From: Mayamaea pseudoterrestris
Lineage: Eukaryota
Assembly: GCA_027923505.1 (NCBI GenBank)
Contig: BROI01000038.1
Span: 62,001 to 126,000, forward strand
Length of the DNA stretch: 64,000 nucleotides
Direction: 5' to 3'
Part shown: one piece after another, positions 32,913 through 44,041 of the stretch
Layout: every line of letters starts with the position of its first letter
How positions within the stretch are numbered: the stretch's first letter is position 1
The notes under the pieces: model-generated
The model's input: the letters and a program-made list of their open reading frames with translations, nothing else
What the model was told of the DNA's origin: nothing
The model's database searches: none
Translations under genes and position numbers: made by a program

Positions 32913-34853
32913 ATGAATAATTCGCAGCATCAATACAGTCACCTTCCGCAGCCTCTTTCAAATGATGACGAGGAAATATCTGCACCGAGAAGATCCATTC
33001 ATGAGAATGAGGTCGACAACGATGAACCTCTTCCTTCCGACGCTAGTATATCTTCTTCATCTGTCAATTCATCCAGTATTCGATACATTCCAACGCAAAT
33101 ACAAAAGACAAGAGCCGTCGGTCTCTTCGCATTGACGGTGATTCTGCTCTTTGCCGACCAAAATCTAATGGCTCCCAACTTGACTGCCATGGCGCGTGAC
33201 TTTGGATTCACAGACACTCAGCGAGACGTGAAACTCGGAGGAGACATTGCTCTTGCATTCTTTGTTCTTGGAGCGCCAGCATCCTACGTGGTGGGCATTT
33301 TGGCGGATTCCAATCGCGTCAAGCGCGTTCGATTGTTTGCACTGGTGGTTGGTTTGGGAGAAGGTGCCTGCGGCATGACTTTTGCAACAACAAAGTACTG
33401 GCAACTTTATGTTTGTCGTGCCATAACTGGCTTTAGCTTGGGAGGAGCACTGCCGCTCATTTATTCCATTCTGGGCGACCTGTATCCAGCCGATCAGCGA
33501 CATTTGGTGAGCTCGCTCGTTGGAATTGGCGCCGGCATTGGAATTGCAGTAGGACAAGGCATTGCGGGCTATCTTGGACCAACGTGGGGATGGAGATTGC
33601 CGTTCCTGCTGGTAAGTATCCCAGCCATGCTTTGCGCTTTACTCGTCTTGCTCACAGTGGACGAGCCGGAGCGAGGAGGCATGGAGCAAGTTGTCAGGCA
33701 AGCGCAACATCAACATCATCATGACCCATGTCGGCAGGAAGAATTAGATGAACAAGAGTCGACTCTGTTTCGCAGTGACTACGACCAAGAACAAGACGAC
33801 AAAGAGGATGCATCGAGCGTAGCGAGTGACTTGAGGTCAACGGTGGAACTGCCGCCGATGGAACGCGAGGAAGAACCAGTGCATATTCCTCGTCCGATTA
33901 AGAGCGCATGGCCGAAAAGTGCCGACAATGAACCTGCTATATCGGCCTGCTCTATTGCGCATCGCATCGAGCACGATATTCTTCTCGTGAATGAATCGCC
34001 CGAGTTTGATCTGCGAAGAATTGAAAACGACGACCACTGTAACGCTCTGCGAACGCTTTTGCAGACGCCAACTGTCATATTATCTCTCATGCAGGGAGGT
34101 CCGGGATGTATTCCATGGGGTATAGTCAATACGTATCTGAATGACTACCTGGCGGAGGATCGTGGCATGTCCGTCGAGGTGAGTCAGATGCAATTTGTGG
34201 TTTGAGTGAGTGCGTTTGCGTAGCTCTCTAGCTCTCGCAAACAACAGTTCACACTCTTTCTTGCCGCGCTCCAGTTTGCAACAACGACTCTACTCTTGTT
34301 TGGTTTCGGCAACTTTCTTGGCATGCTGATCGGTGGAGCAGGTGGCGGTTATTTGTACAGAATGGATCGTCGGTATCCTTCGCTTCTCGCTGGAGGCATG
34401 GCATTTTTATCTTGCCTTTGCTTGTGGGTTTTGCTGAATGGCATCGATAATACCAGCTCATTCGGATGGATTGTCATTGTCGCTGTTGCGACTGGTATAA
34501 CTAGTGGAACGACTGGTCCAATAGTCAAGGCAACTCTGCAGAATGTAACACATCCGCAAGCCCGCGGCCAAGCGTTTGCGCTATTGAATACGTTTGACGA
34601 CTTTGGCCGTGGCTTGGGACCAGTCTTTGTTGCTGCCTTGATTACGTCCCTGAGTGGTAATCGCCGACGCGCCTTCACCATGGGAGCTGCTGGCTGGATG
34701 ATATGCGGCTTTTTAAACACCGGCATGTTTTGGACAGTGGAGCATGATCAAGATGTCGTACAGCAACGGCTTTTACTGGAGAGTCAGGTTAATCGCAGTC
34801 GAATCAGTAGTCGTTGCTTGGACGATGAACATGCAGAAGAAAGAATAGTATAA
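32913..34853 (+). CDS. MFS transporter (spinster-like); intron 34179-34274
   Basis: LLFADQNLMAPNL, RAITGFSLGG, GDLYPADQR, GWRLPF and DDFGRGLGP. Confidence 0.9.
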
Positions 34854-35024
34854 TGCAGCGACGATGACAGCTGGAGTGACAGTATCACTGCTTTCACAAA
34901 TGCTTTGCAAGCTTGTAAAAGATAGTGCTATTTAGAATCATTGGCGCTTAATAGTCATGGGTTTACTCTACTCATTTGCTGTTTGCTGTTAGCTCAGCAA
35001 ATTGCTAATTCGTCCCTGCGTGTT

Positions 35025-35456
35025 CTAGTCACAAAACCTTCCAACTCTCGCGGCAATCTCCAAGTAGTTGCTTTCCTCATAGATTCTCGTCACCGGACTT
35101 CCATCCTTGAAAAGAATCATGGAGGGACTCTTTTGGTCCGCGTCCCATAACTTGGCCAGTTCAGGGTAATCTTGTTGTTTTATGCTGACCAAAACGCATC
35201 TATCGGAAAGCAAATTCTTGGCCCGGACAATGTCCTCCTTGATGGTAGACTCTGTCTTGCTATCGTAAAAGTTGATTAGAATAGGCTTGTCATCTGGGAA
35301 CTTGGCTAGAATCTCATCCATGGTTTTGTACTTTGCGTAGAGGGACGTCGACGACGATAGAAATGCGGGTGTTGGAGAAGGGACAAAGGCGTCTGTCCTA
35401 GATAACGAGGCGACGAGCGCCATGCAAATGGAGACGATTGTTGAAGAAACTCTCAT
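35025..35456 (-). CDS. Plastid-targeted thioredoxin-fold-like protein lacking CxxC
   Basis: Bipartite leader (TDA-FVP). DKPILINFY...YPELAKLW...PSMILFKDG follows the Trx pattern. Confidence 0.7.
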   Translation of the reverse strand: MRVSSTIVSICMALVASLSRTDAFVPSPTPAFLSSSTSLYAKYKTMDEILAKFPDDKPILINFYDSKTESTIKEDIVRAKNLLSDRCVLVSIKQQDYPELAKLWDADQKSPSMILFKDGSPVTRIYEESNYLEIAARVGRFCD

Positions 35457-35681
35457 GATTACTTGCTTTTGTATAGAGGTGCAGTAGTTTGACGCAAGCG
35501 ATTATGATGTGATGGCTGTGCGTCTGCGCGATCTTCGAAGGAACACGTGGAAGCGTTCAATGAGAACCGCTGCGATGCCATCTACATCGTACCGGTTATG
35601 ACGACCGCGACGGCGCGGCCATGAAAAAGAACCGAGCGACAGATCATCTTCTCTTCTACCACTTACTGTTAGACTTGCACC

Positions 35682-37103
35682 ATGCCAGGCGCTTCTCCTT
35701 CCATGCAATCTGGAGCTGGCGCAGAAGCTGTTACGGAAAATGAGCGCTTATCATCCTCGTCATTAACTTGTTGCACGACAATCTTGCCTCCATTGCTCAC
35801 AGTTGGTGGTGGCCATGACGAACAATCAGCAAAGAATCCACTATCACTCGGACCATCCGCAACGACATTATCCTATTTAGACTCGTCCCCAGCATGGCAA
35901 GTTAGCTTCTCCTTGGATGGCGCGTGGCTGGTCGTTGCTATTGGATCGCCAAGCGCCTGCGTTCGCGTTTACCATAATGCAAAGTTTGCAAATGGTCGAA
36001 AGAATCTTGTCAATGACTCCATCAAAGATGAATGGATTCTACAAGCAACGCTACGCAGCAATGAAGCAACAAGCGCTAGGACCATTCGATCTGTTGCTGT
36101 TGCGCCGTTGCGATCGCTGCGTAACGAACTCACGACAGTGATTTTGGCGAGTGCGTCGTTCGACGGAAGCATTTCAATATGGGAGTATAACAGCAAAAAT
36201 GGCAATCAACACACACAAAAGGATTGCAGCAGTCATCGCCATGATCATGATCATCACGATTGTAATCATGATCACTCTTCCAATAATGGCTGGCAATGCT
36301 TGGCGCAACTCGAGGGACACGAATCGGAAGTCAAGTGCGTTTGCTGGAATGCTACTGCTTCGTTACTGGCGAGCTGCGGGCGAGACAAAACTGTTTGGAT
36401 CTGGGAGGCTTTTCTAAATGCAGCGCATGGCAATAACAGCAGCAGCGACTGGGAGTGTTTGGCAGTGCTCCCTGGTCATGATGCCGATGTCAAGTGCGTG
36501 CAGTTTGCTTCCTCGCATGATCTGTGGGGTGATGGCGACGAGATTTTGCTTTCTGGATCATATGACGACACGGTCAAGGTATGGGCCGAGGATGCCGGAG
36601 AATGGTATTGCGTCGCCTCTTTGGCGAATGTACACTCGTCGACGATTTGGAGTCTGGCTGTGGCACCCAGCAGCACGCGCTTCATATCCGGATCGGCGGA
36701 TGGGAGCCTCGCAATTTACAAGGCTTATACTAGCGCCGAATACCGTAACAGATTTCCCGAGGAAGCAGCTAATGTCATGGATGTTTCGTCGCATCGGGAC
36801 GGCGTCTGGAAATGCGTTGGCAAGTTGCCCGACGCTCACTCCGAACCAGTGTATTCCGTCTCTTACGCACCTGCCAGGTGCGGGCATGGACGAATTGCAT
36901 CCGGCGGAGGTGATGGGCAAATCAATGTCTACCGCGAGACTTTGCAGAGCATGCCTGACGAGCCAAAGTTTGTAATGGACGTGTCAGTAGCGACAGGTCA
37001 TGGCGATGTAAATCATGTCTGCTGGCATCCATGGGACGGCTCCTTGTTAACGTCGGTTGGAGACGATGGAGCCGTAAGGTTGTGGAAATATACAAGTTCA
37101 TAG
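35682..37103 (+). CDS. CIA1: Cytosolic Fe-S assembly WD40 protein Cia1
   Basis: RTIRSVA, LASASFDG, LEGHESEVKCV, LASCGRDKTVWIWE, GHDADVK and GDVNHVCWHP. Confidence 0.92.
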   Translation: MPGASPSMQSGAGAEAVTENERLSSSSLTCCTTILPPLLTVGGGHDEQSAKNPLSLGPSATTLSYLDSSPAWQVSFSLDGAWLVVAIGSPSACVRVYHNAKFANGRKNLVNDSIKDEWILQATLRSNEATSARTIRSVAVAPLRSLRNELTTVILASASFDGSISIWEYNSKNGNQHTQKDCSSHRHDHDHHDCNHDHSSNNGWQCLAQLEGHESEVKCVCWNATASLLASCGRDKTVWIWEAFLNAAHGNNSSSDWECLAVLPGHDADVKCVQFASSHDLWGDGDEILLSGSYDDTVKVWAEDAGEWYCVASLANVHSSTIWSLAVAPSSTRFISGSADGSLAIYKAYTSAEYRNRFPEEAANVMDVSSHRDGVWKCVGKLPDAHSEPVYSVSYAPARCGHGRIASGGGDGQINVYRETLQSMPDEPKFVMDVSVATGHGDVNHVCWHPWDGSLLTSVGDDGAVRLWKYTSS

Positions 37104-38088
37104 TAGATCTTTTGTATTAACGTTACAAAGAAACTGAATAACTACATTAAATTCTATGGCAGGTGTTAAATAAATTCGAGGCACCGGCCGATCTGCTCGC
37201 ATCCTGCTTGGCGGCAAAACGTTACCCATTGCCATATCAGAAGCGCAGCACATCACAACAATGGTATACCTTACCACGCAGGAAAGCTACCCTGCACTCG
37301 CGTTACGCAAATCCAAGCCTTTTACTAGCGCAATGTGTTGCATGATAGCAGCCTTTTCTGTGCTGGAAGCAATTCAAAGAAACACCCCAACGTCGTCTAT
37401 TGCACTGCGAGATGGATCGGACATGGTAAAGGAGCGTCAACGCCCACTTATCATCAATATCGCTGTCTTTGCTCGGATCCTCGACTAGTTAACGTCCAGT
37501 GTCTCAAGCGTACTAATCGGACCAAAAGGAAATTGTTGCCAAGCTTAAACGCCGTTGCAATCAAAGCGAGCCGATCCAGTTATGCTAAGCCGCGTGGAAA
37601 AGCTGCAAATCATCACCATTAATGCTATAATGTAGCCTTCCCCATTTGGCATGTATTTTTTAATTTGACGACTGAGTGCTGCAATGGAGGGCCGCCGAGA
37701 AAAAAGACGACATGATGAAAGATGAAAGGCAAATGGAAAGTCTCAACCATTGGTAATAGTCATCGACGTCCTTACTTTCAATTCCATTGGGAAGCTTTAT
37801 TAGCTGCTCATATCGTTGCGTCTGCATCTAGGCTCTTCCAAACGAAGTAAATTCTTCGTCAGCTTACGTCTCGATGCTCGCCTCTGCCGACGGCATAAAT
37901 ACATTGTGTATAGAACGTTGAATCAGGGCCAGCAATTTCCGACAATATCGCCGTCAATGCTTTTGTCGTCCATATTGTTGGTTAGTACTATCGTCTGCTG
38001 GATTGTTTATTGTCGATATTGATCTCCTTGCAACAACAGTTGTTGTTTGTTGTGCGACTTGACGATCGTGTCGTGCGTGTGCTTCTCA

Positions 38089-38272
38089 AAAGGCTTATTT
38101 AAATATGACGCACTTTTCACTGGCACTCGTTTCGTATTATTGCCTTGTGACGCACTTTTCACTGGCACTCGTTTCATATTATAGCCTTATGACGTAGTTT
38201 TCACTGGCACTCGTTTCGTATTATTGCCTTGTGACGTGGTTTTCACTGGCACTCGTTTTATTCTTATGCCTT
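38089..38272 (+). repeat. Tandem array, 4 x 42 bp, same family as 25948-26136
   Basis: Units start at 38106, 38148, 38190 and 38232. Preceded by AAAGGCTTATT. Confidence 0.95.
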
Positions 38273-38569
38273 CACCGTGAAGGTTCAACGGCGCTGGACT
38301 ACTGTGCAATCAAATGTACAGAGATCCTCAATTGGCTGCGTTGCCGCCAGCGCGCCTCTCTACATTACAAGTACCTTTAAGACCATCAGCGCTTGGATCA
38401 CTTTTGGTTCATGGTGGACCTGTTCATTTAGGTGAAGGCGGGACCTGCAAGTGGCTTGCCGTCAAGCAGTGTCGTGAAGCGGAAAGTGTCAGTCCCGGTT
38501 GAAGTAAATCCGCGAACGATTCGTTGTTCCATGCGCTCATCCAACACCGCATTGCATTCACCGTCGATC

Positions 38570-39472
38570 ATGAACTCGACTGGTAAACAGATTATGTTGA
38601 TAGTCCTGTTCTGCTTGCTATTAGACTCATCACATGCATGGGTTGGCGGCGTAAGGGTCTCTGCGGCAGCAACAACGCAAGCGCACCGACATGATCATTC
38701 CACCACTTTCTTGTCGGCATTCTCTGAAGGAACACCGTCCGATACGGCCGATTACAATACTCTCCCAATCAAGCAAGCTGTCGTTGATTTGAACGAGCAG
38801 GATGCTTACGTCAGAGACGCTCTCAAACGCGAGCTATTGATCCTAGCAAGTGTGACAGACAGGGGAGAATACTCAACCAAGGATGAGCAAAATATTCTTG
38901 TTGATTTGATATCGCAGCTAGAAGCTTTGAATCCAACGGCCAATCCAGCATCTAACTGTCAAGGAGAATGGGACTTGTGCCTTTCATCCACGCAGTTCTT
39001 TCGATCGAGTCCATTCTTTCAGTCCATGCGTGTGGCGGCTGGTGACGAAAACAAGGCTGTGGCAATCAATTTTTTCGATTTGCACGACAAGGCCACGTCG
39101 GCTTCGCGGTATGGACGTGTACGCCAGCGCATTTCGCGCGACAAACTGATAAGTGAAGTGGATCTAGTGGTTGGACTGCTTCCAGGAATTCCAATGCGAA
39201 TTCAAGGAACGGTTGTGACGGAATCCAATCTGAAAGTTGTTTCGGCTGAGACCATGGAGGTGTCTGTGGTGTCGACGCAAGTGAACGGATCCAACGTCCC
39301 TTTACTGAATCAATTCTTGGATGATTTGAAGTTTGAGCTACCCGTTGGTGATGTTTATAGAACAATACAGGGTAACGTGCCGGTGGTGCCACTGCGAACC
39401 TTTTACGTAGATGAAGCCATTCGGATCATGCGAGACATCGACGACAACTTTTTCGTCTTTACAAGGGCATGA
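38570..39472 (+). CDS. Plastid lipid-associated protein (PAP/fibrillin family)
   Basis: Signal peptide ending SHA-W; TDRGE...LEALNPT...GEWDL and FYVDEAIRIMRD...FVFTR. Confidence 0.88.
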   Translation: MNSTGKQIMLIVLFCLLLDSSHAWVGGVRVSAAATTQAHRHDHSTTFLSAFSEGTPSDTADYNTLPIKQAVVDLNEQDAYVRDALKRELLILASVTDRGEYSTKDEQNILVDLISQLEALNPTANPASNCQGEWDLCLSSTQFFRSSPFFQSMRVAAGDENKAVAINFFDLHDKATSASRYGRVRQRISRDKLISEVDLVVGLLPGIPMRIQGTVVTESNLKVVSAETMEVSVVSTQVNGSNVPLLNQFLDDLKFELPVGDVYRTIQGNVPVVPLRTFYVDEAIRIMRDIDDNFFVFTRA

Positions 39473-39544
39473 CGTACATATAAAGCAAAACCATATACTA
39501 ACTTTTATAGATATGCGCCGTATACATACACCTCGGCAGATCTG

Positions 39545-41527
39545 CTAAGTTTCCGGGTTGACCAAAGCAGGCATCAAGTGACAAAGCTGACTGCTCGAAT
39601 GGCTTGTCAGCTCCTTCAAACTACCACGCTCAACAATAGAACCATCCTTCATGACCAATATTTCGTCCACAAGAAGCAAACTTTTGGGCTGATGCGTCAC
39701 CAGTAGAATGCATCGCTTATTGTCGCCCTGTTGGCATGCGTGTAGCGCCTGTGCCACGGCAGATTCGCCAGCTGCATCCAACGATGACGCTGGTTCGTCC
39801 ATGATTAAGACGGCTGGATCGGATAGCAGCGCCCGTGCCAGTGCCAATCGTTGTCGTTCACCACCCGACAGCTTGTTACCGTGCAAACCAACTACAAAAT
39901 GTATATTGCCCGGGAGTTTCGAAACGAATTCGTCGCAGTTTGCCAACGACAATGCCTTGCGAACATCTGTCTCTGACGCACACGCGTCTCCGTACCTTAC
40001 ATTCTCCAATATTGACATGTTAAACAGGGCAGTGGATTGCGGAATGACTTGAACAAGCTTCTTTTTGGACCTCTTGTTCAACGTCAAAAAGTCAGTTGCA
40101 TTGTTGATAAGCACTCGTCCAGATTTTGGTGCATACAAGCCAGCCAAGATGGCTACGGCCGTACTCTTGCCGCTGCCATTTTTTCCGACGAGAGCGACCA
40201 CTCGTCCACGTTCCAGCTGGAAGGAAAGGTCTGAAAGCACATTGCCGGCAGAAGTACTATAGGCAAAGCATACATTGTCAAGACCAATGCTTGTCACATC
40301 CTCTGCGGCGACAATTTCGTTGTTCGATTCGTTTGCTTCCTCATCTATTTTCAACGCATTAGTGTCGTTGTTCGATGACTGTAACATCCCATAGTACCGC
40401 TCCGCCGCCACCATGCCCCTGGTAAGTTCACCCAAGGCGGCAACCACTCCGCTCGTTCCAAGTCCCAGCAAAAAGGAATATGCTGAAAAGCTTGTCAACT
40501 GACCCGACGTCATGCGACCTGCCGCCACGGCCCTGGCGCCCAAGTGTACGACAAACAAGAGTGCTCCCGCCGACGTGACAAAGAGTGTTCCCATTGTCAA
40601 GCCTTGCTGGAGTGCCGATTGTTTCGAAACAGCATTTGCTTGCGCATTGCGTTCCGCGTAGTTTTGTAGCTCCAATTGCTCGGTATGACAAAGCTTGACC
40701 ATCATAATATGTTCAAGTCTCTCCTGCACAAATTCAGCTCTATCGGAAGCCAATTGCTGGGCTTGCTGGGCAAGCTTTCGACCGCGTTGGCGAAGCAAGA
40801 TTGCAGCTGCGCCGACGAATGGAACGATTGAAAAGGAAACGGCAAATAGAGTAGGATTTAAACTGAGCATGTGATAAGTTCCGAACAAGATGGATGATGT
40901 TGATCGTAGCAAATTGGCAAGCGAGGTGGTCAATGTGCTCGCCATGACATCAACGTCGGTGGTGAGAATCGTGTTGATCGTTGCTGGAGATGCACCAGTC
41001 GACGACTTCTTAGTCGTTTCCTCGACTCTTGTTTCTTTCTCCTTCACTTTTTCATGCTTAATTTCAAGTTCATTATTGTCTATCGAATCAGTAGATCCCG
41101 CTTGAAACCATTCCAAATCCTTGGTCAAAAGGAGCGAAGCAAACGCGTCCTGTCGCAATCGACAAGCCATATCGTCCTTGGTTCGATTCAACATTGTCGT
41201 CCGAAGAAAACTCGCCAGTCCTCCTCCCAATACTACAAGTCCAAGTGAGTATGTCAGATTGATATTGTTGTAATTGCTGCTTCTGTTTTGCTTGTCTTGA
41301 TCCAGTACTTTGCCAAGCAACCGTGGCAATGCTTGATTTGATAAACTGCTGCAGAGCATGGCGACGCTACCGACGGCCAACGCGGGACCTTCTCGATAGA
41401 CTTGCTCATATAGGCGTCTTCGTATCTCCTTCTTGCGGATTCCATCCTCAGTTTGATTGCGTCTCGTGAAGGTCATGATCACTGGAGGAAAGGGGTGCTC
41501 GCATATATTTCGATTTGTGAGGTTCAT
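39545..41527 (-). CDS. ABCB-type half transporter (ABCB10/Mdl1-like)
   Basis: TMD followed by Walker A GKNGSGKS, signature LSGGERQR and Walker B LIMDE. Confidence 0.9.
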   Translation of the reverse strand: MNLTNRNICEHPFPPVIMTFTRRNQTEDGIRKKEIRRRLYEQVYREGPALAVGSVAMLCSSLSNQALPRLLGKVLDQDKQNRSSNYNNINLTYSLGLVVLGGGLASFLRTTMLNRTKDDMACRLRQDAFASLLLTKDLEWFQAGSTDSIDNNELEIKHEKVKEKETRVEETTKKSSTGASPATINTILTTDVDVMASTLTTSLANLLRSTSSILFGTYHMLSLNPTLFAVSFSIVPFVGAAAILLRQRGRKLAQQAQQLASDRAEFVQERLEHIMMVKLCHTEQLELQNYAERNAQANAVSKQSALQQGLTMGTLFVTSAGALLFVVHLGARAVAAGRMTSGQLTSFSAYSFLLGLGTSGVVAALGELTRGMVAAERYYGMLQSSNNDTNALKIDEEANESNNEIVAAEDVTSIGLDNVCFAYSTSAGNVLSDLSFQLERGRVVALVGKNGSGKSTAVAILAGLYAPKSGRVLINNATDFLTLNKRSKKKLVQVIPQSTALFNMSILENVRYGDACASETDVRKALSLANCDEFVSKLPGNIHFVVGLHGNKLSGGERQRLALARALLSDPAVLIMDEPASSLDAAGESAVAQALHACQQGDNKRCILLVTHQPKSLLLVDEILVMKDGSIVERGSLKELTSHSSSQLCHLMPALVNPET

Positions 41528-41815
41528 GGTTGACCTTTCGTCGTGAATGAATCAATCATTAAGTGTAGGCTGGAGTGTACTTTTGTTTCCTCTCAGTGAC
41601 TCATTTTTACTTAACAAAAGCTCGCACCTCTTAACAGTATGAGCAAGACTGTACTAAAATTTCAACGTTCGTGTCGGAAAACGGAGGCATAATTGGTGAG
41701 ACGTCACCACTGACAAGCGGCCAGCATCAATCTTCTCGTTCCATCGATTCATCCATTTCCGTCTGACCGAAGATCCTTCCATCAAGGCAATTTATCTCCT
41801 TACTGTACACGCAGC

Positions 41816-43867
41816 ATGGCTCGCAAGGGACCAAAGACAATCGCGACAAGCGATGGTGGAGCTAGTAGCAATAGAAGTAGCAATGTTGGCGCTGCGCTCG
41901 TAAACTTTCAGTACGCTCGACCTCCCTCCTCGGTTCAGGCACCAAGTCAACATCAGCGGCCTAATCAATCAAACCACCGGACCAACAGCAGTAATAGACG
42001 CAACGACAATCACAGAAATACTAGACAGCCTCTGGCCGCGAGATCCGCTCGCAAGCGCAACTCCAATAGTCAGTTTTACCTTCATTCTAGTCCAAATCAT
42101 GCCTTTGTTTTGACACGATTACCTGGCAGACTCGAGCAGGAGGCGTACACTTTCGACAATGTCGATGCGCCAGTGTCATGGCAGGCAGTACGCTTGGTGA
42201 AGTACTTTTCGACGTCGCTACAGAAGGAAGCTTGTCCTATTTGTTTGGACGAATTCACTTGCGCACGAATTACGAAATGTGGACACGTCTTTTGCTTGGC
42301 TTGCTTGATGCATCATATTCATTCGGTTGCGCAGACTAACATGAACAATGCGGCTCCAAAGTGTCCCTGCTGCGCCGTTCCGACCTGCCTGAGTGACGTG
42401 CGGCCCGTATTGCTGCAGTCCGTCACGTCTCCCGCAGTCAACCAAGCCATGAAATTCGTGAAATTGGCTCGCACGAAACATTGCAGCAGCCCCTATATAC
42501 TGCTTCCAGACGCCCCGAAACGATCATCGCCTCGGGCAGCGCCATGTGTAAATGATGTAGATGCCGCCTACTGCCGGTTCAACTATGTGCATCCAGATTT
42601 GTTTCAGGAGCACTTGCAGGCGAATCTAATAGAGTTGCAGCAACATGGACAAACGAGTCGATCTGTATTTGATACAATGTCGTTGCAATTTGTGCAGGAA
42701 GAGCTACGCAAAGCTGTTTCAGAGGCGGCGGCTGAGTGGAGCAAAATGGAGCAGTTTGCCAATTTGGCCACCGGCATGTATCAAGTGCAGAAGCCACAGC
42801 AGCAACACATGACGCTAGGCAAGGATATAGAACAGTTGACTCATCACAATATCGAGTGCGAAACTGCCGACGCATCGTGCGATACTTTACGAGACGCTTC
42901 AATCACTGACGAACGCTCTTGCCGGTCTCGCGGTGATTCCATAGTGTCGTATGATTCACAAGCAACAGGGACTGATGCATGCAGCAGGAGCGTTGGTAGT
43001 CGGCGTTCCCAGCACTTTATTGGCGGTTCCATGTATTTGGACAATCCAGAAGATCACATCTTTTATCAGGCCGAGGATGGAACGCTTTGTTTTCTTTGTG
43101 GATTCAACATGAAGTGTCTGCAAATGGAGTACGCTGCTTGTCCATTGGACGGGGATTCTCGATTTCCACTTCCGGATGCTATCGGAGGACGCATCGTTGA
43201 GTTGGATCGCGTATTGCTAACGCAGGAAAAGCGACAGCGATTCCGGTTCCTTTCGCATTTGCCAGTTGACTCCGAGATTGTTTTTGTCGAGCTTAGTTTA
43301 GGGCATGTGTTAAGCAGGGAAACGAAGCAGCACTTCCAAAAGGAGTTTGCCAAGAGAAAGCATGCTCGTTCGAGTCGGCTGAATGCCGAAAAAGCTGCTG
43401 ATAATCGTCAGAAGCGCATTGAACAGGCTCGCATTGACGACTTGAAAGCTCGATTTCAACAAATAGACCCAAATGACGACTTCTTTCGCTCGCCCGAACC
43501 AGAACCTTTGCACGTAATGACGGGAGACGAGTTTGGACCAAGCGTATCATTGCCATCGCGGACGACAGCGCCAATAGCTGCCACATTAAATGCGAACCCC
43601 GCTCTTAGTTTCTCGCACATGATTCGCACTACACATGGCTTGCGCGAGTATGACTTTCCTTCGCTTGGGTCGGACAATCCATCATCTGAAGCAAGATTGT
43701 TGCCGCCCAACCATCCTGCACCAAGCTGGGGCAAGCCGCTTGTCAAAGTTGCAACTGACACGGCGTCGACTCACAATTCAGCTGGGAGTACGCCGATAGA
43801 AGGAGGAAAGAAACGCAATAAGGGGAAGAAAGTACTGCTCTTTTCAATCGGTGGCGGTGTTCATTAG
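41816..43867 (+). CDS. RNF10: RING finger protein RNF10/Mag2-like
   Basis: CPICL...RITKCGHVFCLAC...CPCC, FYQAEDG and RQRFRFLSHLP. Confidence 0.85.
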   Translation: MARKGPKTIATSDGGASSNRSSNVGAALVNFQYARPPSSVQAPSQHQRPNQSNHRTNSSNRRNDNHRNTRQPLAARSARKRNSNSQFYLHSSPNHAFVLTRLPGRLEQEAYTFDNVDAPVSWQAVRLVKYFSTSLQKEACPICLDEFTCARITKCGHVFCLACLMHHIHSVAQTNMNNAAPKCPCCAVPTCLSDVRPVLLQSVTSPAVNQAMKFVKLARTKHCSSPYILLPDAPKRSSPRAAPCVNDVDAAYCRFNYVHPDLFQEHLQANLIELQQHGQTSRSVFDTMSLQFVQEELRKAVSEAAAEWSKMEQFANLATGMYQVQKPQQQHMTLGKDIEQLTHHNIECETADASCDTLRDASITDERSCRSRGDSIVSYDSQATGTDACSRSVGSRRSQHFIGGSMYLDNPEDHIFYQAEDGTLCFLCGFNMKCLQMEYAACPLDGDSRFPLPDAIGGRIVELDRVLLTQEKRQRFRFLSHLPVDSEIVFVELSLGHVLSRETKQHFQKEFAKRKHARSSRLNAEKAADNRQKRIEQARIDDLKARFQQIDPNDDFFRSPEPEPLHVMTGDEFGPSVSLPSRTTAPIAATLNANPALSFSHMIRTTHGLREYDFPSLGSDNPSSEARLLPPNHPAPSWGKPLVKVATDTASTHNSAGSTPIEGGKKRNKGKKVLLFSIGGGVH

Positions 43868-44041
43868 CCCGAAGATGTGTGTACCATGAAGGGCTACATA
43901 GTATATTAATGAAATGTACAGCGTACACTAAAGGCAGTTTTACTTTAATATTAAGGAGATTTCATTCTGTCGTGAGCTTATATTGCCTTTCATCGCTACA
44001 AATAGAGAGCGATCAATTTTAAGCTCTTGGTTAGACAAGAA

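Noticed and set aside
37110..38080. Autonomous transposon associated with the 42-bp array
   Set aside because: No long ORF, transposase or RT motif, or clear LTR/TIR pair is visible.
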